Shown here: positions 50,248 to 62,516 of the stretch, one piece after another | Position numbering within the stretch: position 1 is the first letter of the stretch | How the letters are laid out: each line of letters starts with the position of its first letter | DNA from: Laetmonice hystrix | Taxonomy: Eukaryota | DNA length: 64,000 bases | Direction of reading: 5' to 3' | Assembly (NCBI GenBank): GCA_965235115.1 | Contig: OZ249451.1 | Coordinates: forward strand, 10,292,001-10,356,000 | The notes under the pieces: generated by a model | Told to the model about the DNA's origin: nothing | Databases searched by the model: none | Seen by the model: only the letters and a program-made list of their open reading frames with translations | Translations under genes and position numbers: made by a program

Positions 50248-51088
50248 CTGTTTGATGGTATTTAACACCAGACTCTTCAACTAACGCTGTACGTTGTTTT
50301 TAGTCATACAATTCATCATTTTAGTCGGAGAGGAGCGAATTTCCACTCAAAATTACGTTTAAGCATTGTGTAAGGACTGCACATCTGCAATAAAAAAACG
50401 CCTAGCCAAGGCTTTGTGTCAATAGCGTCAACTTCATTTTTAACCCTGCCGAGAAAATATCCGTAAGCCCAGATAATTATACGAGCCCCCTTTAAATAGC
50501 CTCCAAAATGAAGAAAACCTTCATGTCATGTTGTGCACACTGATACATTATAAATGCAGTTTAGGAATGCGGTATGGTCTCTTCATGCAGGGTTGCCTCA
50601 CCGGCAATGTGTGTAGAACCATTAGCGCCACCTATATGTTAGCGCTGGAATGAGTACCAGCACGCTCACGATCGCGCCAATTTGCTGAAATGACAGCTCA
50701 CAGATCCCGCACAGGACCCTGGGTTAGGCACTAGGTCGTATAAGTACTGAGGACACCGCTTGCCGAACTAGGCCTATACTTCTATTGAGAAGCTATCACG
50801 AATTTCTCCGTGGCACCAGTCAGACCGGTGGTTAGTGCAAAGACAAACGACCGGCGTAAGTTTAAATAAAGAAATATCACTGCTTGACGCACCTCTTCGA
50901 TAACAGCAACCATCTTACAGACACACACTATAGTTCTACTTTGTGTCACCGGTGTAGTAATCTATCGGGTGAGGCGGTGCGCATGTTTCTATTTGGGCCG
51001 TGAGTGATATGTAATTTGTGAGAGTCCTTTCTAACGACGGCCCGAATACTTCGATACGCATTTAAATGTCCACTTCCGACTCAACAGG

Positions 51089-51420
51089 GGTTAATTTAAT
51101 AAGATACTTGCCACTAATTAATTTAATAAGATACTTGCCACTAATTAATTTGGTAAGATACTTGCCACTAATTAATTTGGTAAGATACTTGCCACTAATT
51201 AATTTGGTAAGATACTTGCCACTAATTAATTTGGTAAGATACTTGCCACTAATTAATTTGGTAAGATACTTGCCACTAATTAATTTGGTAAGATACTTGC
51301 CACTAATTAATTTGGTAAGATACTTGCCACTAATTAATTTGGTAAGATACTTGCCACTAATTAATTTGGTAAGATACTTGCCACTAATTAATTTGGTAAG
51401 ATGCTTTCCACTAATTAATT
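51089..51420. repeat. 27-bp minisatellite, ~12 copies, inside a spacer insertion unique to the copy1-copy2 interval
   Basis: Unit aagatacttgccactaattaatttggt; source of the INLVRYLPL repeat ORF. Confidence 0.95.
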
Positions 51421-52281
51421 AATTTTAGAGATTTATGGTTCGTTCTAACTAAGGATACAATGTCACCAACTACCTTTTGTTGCCATAATTTCGCGGTGAT
51501 AACCTGTGCCCCCTCCTAACCCCCAAGATGTTTTTAATGGGGCAGTGACCCAGCAGTTACTTTGGGAAGGGGTCTCATCACCATGGACAAGAAAAAATAT
51601 TCTCAGGGTGCAACTTAAATTAGGGGGATATAAACAGTTAGATTTTGTAAGTTGGCCTGTGCACATGGTTTGTGCGAAATTCTCATTGAAACCGTTGCGT
51701 GTCTCTAGTTTTCAAAAATATACCACCATTTCTCCAGAATAAACATAATTTATATAATAAATGTAATTTCCTATATTTTAATTACTTTAAGTTTGTTATT
51801 ATTATTGACGTCTTCCAATACAAATATAGGGAACAGCTGGTGATGGCAGCTGTTGAATTTAACATTCGTATTTTTTATTCATTACGAAAAGGATTTGTGG
51901 GCGCCATGTTGTGTTTTCGTCGAAACATCCATCTCTGTGGAAATACGATAGCATGGCCGCGTGCAAACAATTATTAAACGTTACGTTTTATATGTTATAC
52001 TATTCAAGCAGATCTAGAGCTATTCTTCTAACTTTTACATGCCATAAGGCGTACAGGTGGCAGGTGTAGGGAATGTTTGTATTAAATTCTCTACTCGTCC
52101 GTGGGGCCTATGAGTCCGGTTATAGGCATCCAGTTTAAAAAATATATATATAAAAAATGTGAAAATGGCCTCCTGCATAAAGAAAGTTTTAGCTGGTGTG
52201 GACCGGTAACAATTTACATCTGGATCCGCCACTGAATGCCCATACGACACGACGCCCAATCCGGCCACTCTATTCGATACC

Positions 52282-55200
52282 ATGGGAGAGAAAACTTTAC
52301 TGGTTACAGCTAAGGAAACTGAAAAACCTTTCACCTATCGACAGAAGATCACTCGGAGCGGGTTACTCGCCGGAATTACGTTTATTATAGTAGGCCTAAG
52401 TAGCCTAGGCAATTCATCTCATTTTCTGTTCACTTCAAACAATATTTTCTTCTGACTATGATATAGGCTACATACCAGTCTCAGAAAACAGAACTGGATG
52501 GCAGGACTATATCTGTTCACCCGATACGCACTGGTCTCCTCTTCTTCAAGAAGAGAGACTGGCGTTAGTCTCCACTCCTTCAAGAACAGAGACTTTGTCC
52601 ATTCCGCCCAGTGGTGGGCGTAAGAAATGGAGACTTTCTTCTTTCAATGGAGACTAGCTGCTGGTGCCCAATCACCTTGCCGCCTCGGTGCCGCTTCAGC
52701 GAGCAGGTCAGCAGGTGAATATCTCACCTAGGTAGTTAAGCCAATGGGTTCTTCCCCCATGATAACTTTCCAAGAAATGTTTGGGCAGGGGTTAGGGTTA
52801 AGGTCAGGAATAGGAATAGGGATAGGATAGAATTTAGTTTCCTTGTCAGAATGTATACACCTGCTCTCATTTTTCAAGAAGAAAGTCTCCATTTCTTACG
52901 CCCACCACTGGGCGGAATGGGCAAGGTCTCTGTTCTTGAAGGAGTGGAGACTAACGCCAGTCTCTCTTCTTGAAGAAGAGGAGACCAATGCGTATCGGCT
53001 GATCTGTTCTCGGCACGATCGCGGATTTTTCAAAAATTATGCGTATACCTAGGCCTCCCATCCTTTATGTAAAAAGTAAGCCTCTTTGGTAGGGCCTAGG
53101 CCTATAGGCCTGTAAGTAGGCTACTATTGTGGAATGCAGTAGGCCTAAATCTTTCGAGAGATGCTCTTATGCCTTTGCTGTCGCAAACGTCATCAGGACG
53201 TTACCATAGGCTGCAGTCGAAACCTTAGAGTTTCTCTGTTTTCAGGGTCTGACTGGCGGCGTGATCGGCCCGACCCTGTTAGACCTACAGGTCCTCGTAG
53301 GGACAGACACTGCCGGGATATCGTGGGTGGTCGTCGCACGTAGTATTGGCGGTTTTGTCGGGACTCTAATCACTGGAGGACTCCTGTCTCTGATCAACAT
53401 CTGGTTGACCGTTTTTGGAGCACTCCTATTATGCGCCGTCTCAGTGGCAGTTGTGACGTCATGTCGTCAACTCGTGACCCTGACTTTCGTTTTCACCGGC
53501 ATAGGTGTCTCTGCCGGCTACCTTAACACTGGTCGGTTGATATCTCATTAATTTCAGTCACAGCCCTCGTTTTATTTCGATTATTACATGAACAAAAAGG
53601 ATATATAATTTATGTGATACTTGGTTAAAATAACACTTTAAGTATTACGAGGAATTGACGACATATAAATGGCCTATGCTCTAAGAAGGTGGGACAACAC
53701 TCCCATGGAGACAGATATGAAATTTACCATTTTATTATTTCAACTTTGGACTGCTATTGTAGGAAGGCATTTATTAGAGCCATTTAATCCCTAGTTTTAA
53801 ACAGTCGTGTTTGCATATCCTTTTAGTACTTAACAGATGCATAGAATAGCTATATTTGTTCCAAAAATAAATTTAATATTTCTTTCGGTTTTGAGTTTTT
53901 TAATCAGTCCTGTAGGCCTACTGGTCTATTGTTAGAGATTTTCCTTACACCAGGACACATTCTTCAATTAATTTAGGCTTTCGTCTTTACAGATTTTCCG
54001 AATGAAATGACTGTGAATAATGAATCAATAAGAACCATACATTTATATAGTATCATATAAACATAACGGTTTTCCAAACATTTGAAAACAGTTCCATATT
54101 ACATGGTGTAATTTTCAGAAGCATGGACAAACTCACCGGCTTTCAAATGTATATTTTCTGAGGGACTGTCGTTAGTAGTTTCCTATCAAAGATGGCTGTT
54201 AAATTAGACCTATTCCCAACGACTGTCTACAAAACCGAAGTTAGGACGAAAATTTCTGAGAAGAATTGAACATTATTCCAACACTAAACCCCCAGATAGT
54301 TGTCTATTGAGCACATTAAAACTTCTCCGACAGGATTTTCCATCCTTGCAACAGCACTGTGGGATAAAGACAACGGACCGTGGGTACAAGGCATACAATT
54401 CTTTTACGGTGTTGGATCTCTCATCGGCCCTCTGGTGGCCAAAGCGTTCCTGTCAAGGTCACTAGACAACATTGGAGACACCAGTTACGTGGGAAGCAAC
54501 AGAAACAATACCGTGAACCAAACCGTCAGTGACCTGCAAAACGCTTCCGTCGGCGCAGTTGACCGGATGCAGCTATTTTGGGCATATTTCATCATAACGC
54601 TCGTTATTCTTCATGTGGCGGCTGGGTCATTCACGTTTGCAATCCTCGATCGTAAATAGACCCGCCACCTCATGCAGAGACATCTTGACAAAGGTATTCC
54701 CAATGAAGATAACATCGAAAAGGAAAATATCGCCCTTGGCAAGTACGACAGAATTCAGGGTTTCCTTAGACAGATGTGTAGGGATATAGATATGTTTAAA
54801 CTCAAGCTATTAAGTGCCCTCCTTGTTCTAATCTTCCAGAGCGCGTTAATACAAACTAATTATAGCTATTTTGTCTCACCCTTCGCCGTAAAGAAACTGG
54901 GTTGGACGAAACAGGTGGCTGCTTCAGTGACGTCATTGTACTGGGGGTCGATAACAATTGGAAGGGGTCTCAGTGTTGTAATTATTAAGTTCGTCCATCC
55001 TCAGATCGTTATAGGGGGGTGCGTCATCGTCATTGTGATTGTCCTCGTGCCCTTGATGGTTTGTCCCGATGCCGACACGAGCGTCCTCTGGGTGTGTAGC
55101 GTGGTACTAGGCTGTAGCATTGGTCCATTGTTGGGCGCTGTTCTCACGTGGACAGAACGTTATGTGGTGGTCACTGGTGCTGTTGGAGGCGCGATTTATG

Positions 55201-55427
55201 GTTTTGGCTATGCTGGGGACATAATTGGGGCAATTTTGATGGCGAACGAGTACATCGGCGTCGTTTCCCTTCCATTCCTTATCTTTGGCGCAGCTTGTTT
55301 TGCTCTTCTGGCATTCATTGCTGCGCTAATTGTCATCCATGGTTGTGGAGAAAAGGTAGCTAAAAGCAAAGAGGAAGAGAAGAGGAAAGCTATAAGCTTT
55401 CAGGGATTACTGTTTGATGGTATTTAA
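52282..55427 (+). pseudogene. MFSD4: MFSD4-like MFS transporter, copy 2, with an in-frame nonsense codon in the central loop
   Basis: Exons 52282-52389, 53246-53531 and 54334-55427. TAG at 54657-54659 where copies 1 and 3 have AAG; the normal TGA has become TTA, so the C-terminus extends to TAA at 55427. Confidence 0.85.
52518..53001. mobile_element. 484-bp MITE with ~115-bp TIRs and 7-8-bp target duplication (hAT-like), in copy-2 intron 1
   Basis: atctgtt|cacccgatacgcactggtctcctcttcttcaagaag... ...cttcttgaagaagaggagaccaatgcgtatcggctg|atctgtt; absent at the equivalent site in copy 3 (~57125). Confidence 0.85.
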
Positions 55428-56901
55428 CACCAGACTCTTCCATGGTTTAAACCAACGCTGTATGTTGCTTGTAGTCATACAATCATATTAGTCGAAGAGG
55501 AGCGAATTTCCACTCGTTACGTTTAAGTATTTTGTAAGGACTGCACATCTCCAATAAAAAAAACGCCTAGCCATATAGGCCAAGGCTTTGTGTCAATAGC
55601 ATCAACTTCTTTTTTATCCCTGCCCAGAAAATATCCGTAAGCCCAGATAATTATCCGAGCCCCCTTTAAATAGCCTGCAAAATGAAGAAGACCTTCATGT
55701 CATGTAGTACACACTGATACATTATAAATGCAGTTTAGGAATATGGTCTGTTCATTCAGGGTTGCTTCACTGGCAATGTGTGTAGAACTATTAGCGCCAC
55801 CTATGTGTCAGCGCTGGAATGAGTACCAGCATGCTCACGATCGCGCCAATTTGCTGAAATGACAGCTCACAGATCCGGCACGGGACCCTGGGTAAGGCAC
55901 TAGGTAAAACGTCACCAACCACCTTATGTTGCTATAATTTCCTGTGCTACCTCCTAACCCCCAAGATGTTGTTAATGCGGCAGTGGCCCATCAGTGACTT
56001 TGGGAAGGGGTCTCATCACCATGGACAAGAAAAAATATTCTCAGGGTGCAACTAGGGGGGTATAAACAGTTAGATTTTGTAAGTTGGCCTGTAGTTTGTG
56101 CGAAATTCTCATTGAAACTTTTGCGTGGTCTAGTTTTTAAAAATAAAAAAAAATGTACATTTTCCAATTTCTCAATTTTCGGGTAACTGAAATTCTATGA
56201 GAATTCCAAGATTGGGAACCAGGTGGCGCACCCCACGAGTTGAAGGGCGCCACTCTTGAAATCCCGCCCACCCACAACTTCACCACCTGTCCAGAATACA
56301 TAAACATAATTAATATAATATATATAATTTCCTACATTGTTTGTTATTATTATTGACGTCTTCCAATACAAAGTGGGAATGGCTGGTAATGGTAGCTGTT
56401 GAATTTAACATTCATATTTTGTTTTTTTATTCATTAATTTGTGGGCGCCATGCACCAGGTGTTGTGTTTTCATCGAAACATCCATCTCTGTGGAAATACG
56501 ATAACATGGACGCGTTCAAACAATTATTAAACGTTACGTTTTATATCTATTCAAGCAGATCTAGACTATTCTTTCAACTTTCACATGCTATAAGAGGTGT
56601 ACAGGTGGCAGGTGTAGGGAAGGTTTCTATTAAGTTCTCTACGCGTCTGTGGGGGCGGGGGGGGGGGCATGCCTGTAGCCCTTCTTCAATGATGACAGGC
56701 GCGGATCCAGACCGATTTACACCGTTTCACGTTAACCGGTCAGGCATCCAGTTAAAGAAAATTAATTAATGTAGAAAATGTGGAAATGTACGGGCCTCAT
56801 ACATAAACGGTTTTAGCTGAACAGGTAAAGAACATACATCTGGATGCGCCCACGGATTTCTATTCGACACGACGCCCAATCCGGCCACTCTATTCGATAC
56901 C

Positions 56902-59900
56902 ATGGGAGAGAAAACTTTACTGGTTACAGCTAAGGAAACTGAAGAACCTTTCACCTATCGACAGAAGGTCACTCGGAGCGGGTTACTCGCCGGAATTACG
57001 TTTATTATAGTAGGCCTAAGTAGCCTAGGCTATTAATCCCATTTATTGCTCACTTCAAACAATATTTTCTGCTAACACTGATATAAGCTACATACCAGTC
57101 TCAGAAAACAGAACTGGACGGACTATGTGTTCTTTGTGCGATCGCGGATTTTTCAAAAATTATGCGTATAGGCCTCCCATCCTTTATGTAAAAAGTAGGC
57201 CTATATGGTAGGGCCTAGGTCTATATAGGCCTGTAGGTATTGCGGAATGCAGTAGGCCTAAATCTTTCGAGAGATGCTTTTATTCCTTTGCTGTCGCAAA
57301 CTTCATCAGGTCGTTACCATAGAATGCGGTCGAAACCTTAAGGTAGTATCCCACTGGGCTGCGACAGCTCGCGAAGAGTTGGAGATACGAAATTGCGAGA
57401 AAATACGCGAATTAGCGACAATTTTCACGTGGAATCACACTGAATTGGTACTTACGACACATTTGCGTATGTCGCACTGCGAATAAATTGCGACATTCGT
57501 ACGACATACACATGACATTCGCGCGAATGTGGTGCAATTCTTTTGTCGCAATTTAGTCACAAAGTGTCTTAGTTATGTCGCAAATTGTTCGCAATTGATT
57601 CTCAATTGATTCACAATTTTGTCTCCAATCAGTCACAATTTAGTTTCATAGGTCGCCACCCCCTCACAAAGTTGTCTCACATTTCTCGCAGTTTCTGACT
57701 CACGGAAACTAAATTGAGAAGGGTTCGAGACGGGTTCGAGACACCCGCGACGACTCTTCGACTATTTTGAGAGAGCATTTGTCGCACCAAATTTTTAAAG
57801 ATGTTCAAAATTCCAGCGACACGAGTGCGAGGCCCTGCGACTCACGCGAGGGAATTGGGAACCCCGCGAACGTTTCGAGACATTTTGGAAACTCCTTCGC
57901 AAATGCCATTCACAATTTGTCACCAACATTCGCAGCCCAGTGAGATACGGGCTTAAGATGTTCCATGTTTTCAGGGTCTGTCTGGTGGCGTGGTTGGTCC
58001 GACCCTGTTAGACCTACAGGTCCTCGTGGGGACAGACACTGCCGGGATATCGTGGGTGTTCGTCGGACGTGGTATTGGCGCTTTTGTCGGGACTCTAATC
58101 GCTGGAAGACTTCTGTCTCTGATCAACATCTGGTTGACCGTTTTTGGAGCACTCCTATTGGGCGCCGTCACAGTGGCAGTTGTGACGTCATGTCGTCAAC
58201 TCGTGACCCTCGCTTTGGTTATCACCGGCATGGGTGTCTCTATTGGCTACCTTAACACTGGTCGGTTGATTTCTCATTAATTTCAGTCACAACCATCGTT
58301 TTATTCCGATTATTACATGAACAATAATGATCTATAATTTAAGTTATACCTGGTTCATATAACACTTTAAGTATTACGAGGAATTGACGACATATAAATG
58401 GTCTATGTTCTAAGAAGGTGTGACAACACTTCCATGGGGACAGATATGAAATTTAGGCCTACCATTTTATTATTTCAACTTTGCACTGCTATTGTAAGAA
58501 GGCATTTATGACAGCCATTTAATCTCTCGTTTTAAACAATCGTGTTTGCATATCATTTCAATACTTGACAAACGCATAGATTGGCTATATTTGTTCTAAA
58601 AATAAGTTTAATATTTCTTTTGGTTTTGAGTTTCTCAATCAATCCTGTAGGCCTACTGGTCTACTGTTAGAGATTTTCCTTACAAGAGGACACATTCTTC
58701 AATTAATTTAGGTGACCTTTCGTGGTTACAGATTTTTTCTAATGAAATGATTGTGAATAAAAGAACAATAAGAGCCATACATTAATAGTATATTATATAA
58801 ACATAAAGGTTTTCCAAACATTTGAAAAGTTACATATTACAGCGCTTTCAGAAGCATGGACAAACTCACCGGCTTTCAAATGTATATTTTCTGAGGGACT
58901 GTCGTTAGTAGTTTCCTATCAAAGATGGTTGCTAAATTAGACCTATTCCCAACGACTGTCTACAAAACCGAAGTTAGGACGAAAATTTCTGAGAAGAATT
59001 GAACATTATTCCAATACTGAACCCCCAGATAGTTGTCTACTTAGCCCATTAAAACTTCTCCGACAGCATTTTCCATCCTTGCAACAGCACTGTGGGATAA
59101 AGACAACGGACCGTGGATACAAGGCATACAATTCTTTTACGGTGTGGGATCTCTCATCGGCCCTCTGGTGGCCAAACCGTTCCTGTCAAGGTCACCAGAC
59201 ATTATTGGAGACACCAGTTACGTGGGAAGCAACACAAACAACACCGTGAACGAAACGGTCAGTGACCTGCAAAACGCTTCCGTCGGCGCAGTTGACAGGA
59301 TGCAGCTATTTTGGGCATATTTCATCATAACGCTCGTTATTCTTCAAGTGGCGGCTGGGTCATTCACGTTTGCAATCCTCGATCGTAAAAAGACCCGCCA
59401 CCTCATGCAGAGACATCATGACCAAGGGAGCCCCAATGAAGATAACATCGAAAAGGAAAATGTCGCCCTTGGCAAGTACAACAGAATTCAGGGTTTCATT
59501 GGACAGATGTTTAGGGATATAGATATGTTCAAACTCAAGCTATTAAGTGCCCTCCTTGTTCTAATCTTCCAGAGCGCGTTAGTACAAACTAATTATGGCT
59601 ATTTTCTCTCACCCTTCGCCGTAAAGAAACTGGGTTGGACGAAACAGGTGGCCGCTTCAGTGACGTCATTGTACTGGGGGTCGTTAACAATTGGAAGGGG
59701 TCTCAGTGTTGTAATTATTAAGTTCGTCCATCCTCGGATCGTTATAGCGGGGTGCGTCATCGTCATTGTGATTGTCCTCGTGCCCTTGATGGTTTGTCCC
59801 GATGCCGACACGAGCGTCCTCTGGGTGTGTAGCGCGGTACTAGGCTGTAGCGTTGGTCCATTGGTGGGCGCTGTTCTCACGTGGACAGAACGTTATGTGA

Positions 59901-60142
59901 TGGTCACTGGTGCTGTTGGAGGCGCGATTTATGCTTTTCTCTATGCTGGGGAATCAACTGGGGCAATTTTGATGGCGCTCGGGCCCATTGGCCTTGATTC
60001 CTTTTCTTTTCTTATCTTTGGCGCAGCTTGCTTTGCTCTCCTGGCATTCATTGCTGCGCTAAGTGTCATACATGGTTGTGGAGAAAAGGTGGCTGAAATC
60101 AAAGAGGAAGACAAGAGGAAAGCTATAATCTTTCAGGGATGA
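56902..60142 (+). CDS. MFSD4: MFSD4-like MFS transporter, copy 3 (intact, 489 aa)
   Basis: Exons 56902-57009, 57975-58260 and 59067-60142; open reading frame throughout. Confidence 0.9.
57342..57952. mobile_element. 611-bp MITE with TTAA target duplication, in copy-3 intron 1
   Basis: TTAA|ggtagtatcccactgggctgcga ... tcgcagcccagtgagatacgggc|TTAA; empty site in copy 2 (~53225). Confidence 0.85.
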
Positions 60143-60869
60143 CTGTTTGATGGTATTTAACACCAGACTCTTCAACCAACGCTGTATATTTTTGTAGTCA
60201 TACAATTGATCATATCAGTCGGAGAGGAGCGAATTTCCACTCAAAGTTACGTTTAAGCATATTGTAAGGACTGCACTTCTGCAATAAAAAACGCCTAGCC
60301 ATACAACGGTTTGTGTCCATAGAGTGAATTTCATTTTTAACCCTGACGGAAATATCTGTAAGCCACAGACAATTATCCGAGCCCACTTTAAAATAACTAC
60401 CAAAATAAAGAACACCTTCATGTCATGTATACACACTGATATATTATAAATGCAGTTTAGGAATATGGTCTCTTCATTCACTGTTGCCTTACGTGTACAT
60501 GTATAATAGATATAGCCTTCCATGTGTCATCCAATGCTCTGCCATCAACTGCTCAACATAATGTAGATCTATGGCCTAAACGAAGAAGAAACGAACCCAG
60601 GCCATTACTTTTTAAAGAAGCTGATACGGACATCCGGCGAATTACGCTCAGAGACATCTCCGCGTACGAAGCCGGTCACGCAGACCTTAGACACTTTATA
60701 TGGTGTTACTGGGGTTCAAAGGTACGTTAGTGAGGAACTTGTGCTGTAGGTTTAAGTAACAGTCAATCAGAAGCCTGCAAGTTTACTTACAAGCAGTACC
60801 TGGTACCCGGCATAAATTTAACCCCATTTCTTTTACGGCTTAGCGTATATAACAGACTGTCGTACATTT

Positions 60870-61330
60870 CAACTCTAAAAATTATTTGGACATGATACCG
60901 ATAGGCCTAAACGTGTCCATTGGAAATGAGGTCCAAATTCTACAGGGATGGAACTTAAAAAAGCACAGCGCCAGAGCATCATAAACACGAGGCAAGTTGG
61001 TGTAACCGTCAACAGAATCGTGCAGCAGCTGAATGTCTCTAGATGGATCGTTTCAAGAGTATATGGAGAAGGTTCCAGGAAACGGATTGTGCAGCTCGAA
61101 AAAGTCGGTCCGGTCGGCGGCCAAAAACAACAGCCAGGGATGAGCGAGTAGGCCTACTCCGACGCTTGGTGATGCAGCTTCGATTTGCACCTGTTGCAAG
61201 AATCAGCGCTCTGTGGAATGAAATAATTCAAGTTCAAACCTTGATAAAAACAACCAAACGTCGTATGAAAAGTCTAGCCGCATTCAACTCTGGCAATTCT
61301 TTTCACTTTGGTTCTTGCAACAGGTGCATA
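60870..61330 (+). mobile_element. Degenerate Tc1-like transposase N-terminal (paired-like HTH) remnant
   Basis: MELKKAQRQSIINTRQVGVTVNRIVQQLNVSR plus the frameshifted IWRRFQETDCAARKSRSGRRPKTTARDER...LRRLVMQLRF; no DDE domain seen. Confidence 0.75.
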
Positions 61331-62516
61331 CCGAGTCTGCATTCTGGCACTGTGGTTCAGTCATATTCACTTTACATGGCTGTAGAATTTGGACCTCATT
61401 TAGTGGATCCGTTTATCAGTATCATGTCCAAGTAACAACAGTGGTGTTCTAAACAAAGGGTCTTAAAACAAAGTTTTAGAGTTGAAATTGGGCTAAATTT
61501 ATGTCCAGTGTCTGTAAGTAAGCATTACTCAAGTTGAGAAGAAACTGGGCCCTGGTTGATCATTGATTTATATCTAAGTCCACTAAACTAAGTGGCTGTC
61601 CAGGACGGACCAGACGGAGTCAACAATGAAGTGTTATCAATACCGACTGCCCAACCATGGGCTCTGCTGTCTATCAACACACCATGACTATTGCATTAAT
61701 TGCGATGGTTGTTTTCTCATTCTCATTGCAGCGATGCGCAGTGAAATTGCTTGCATTGATGGGTCCTGGGTGAATGACGACCGACAAGCTGGGTGGATAA
61801 TCTGCGGAAACTGACCGACCTTTAGTAAACAGTGATAACCATATATGATGGGAAATGATATTCAGGGCCCGGTTGGCAGTCTATGGGAGTTGGTTGTGTA
61901 CCCATCATTCTGCTCTTATTCATTGTCTACCTTGGCTCCCACCACTGTGATTGAAGACAGATATACTCTTCAGGATGAGAATCTTCCTATCGTATGTGAC
62001 TTGTGTATTGTCGACCATAACACACGGTAAGCAGGTGCCAACCCTTCTGTGACATCTCGACCTATATGTTAACACTTAGGCCAGCAGGGCGCATATAAAA
62101 ACTACTGGGGGGGGGGGGGGCTCCCAAGGGGGACTAAACAACTAGTAAAGCCCATGGCCCTGGTTTTTAGTTTGCAAACCGAGTCTTAAGATTCAAATCT
62201 TAAGACTGAACTCTTGTTTCAGAGCTTCTGATTGGTCCTTCAAATCAAGTCAGTCAATAAGAGAGCATAACACATGTCAGTCTTAAAATTCCAGTCTTAA
62301 GATTGGTAAAATGACGAACTAAAAACCGAGCCCTGGTCCTCTGGACTTTCTTCCTGCTATTTATAACAGTGGCCGAACCTAAGGAGGGTGGCCACCGTAA
62401 CTCCCAGAATCTGTCAATGTAACCTCCCAGCTGGGGGGTTCGAGTTAACAAAGTGCTGTGATTATCCAACCCTTTTATGGAAAGGGCACTAGGGCAGTGA
62501 TCACGTATATAGAAGG

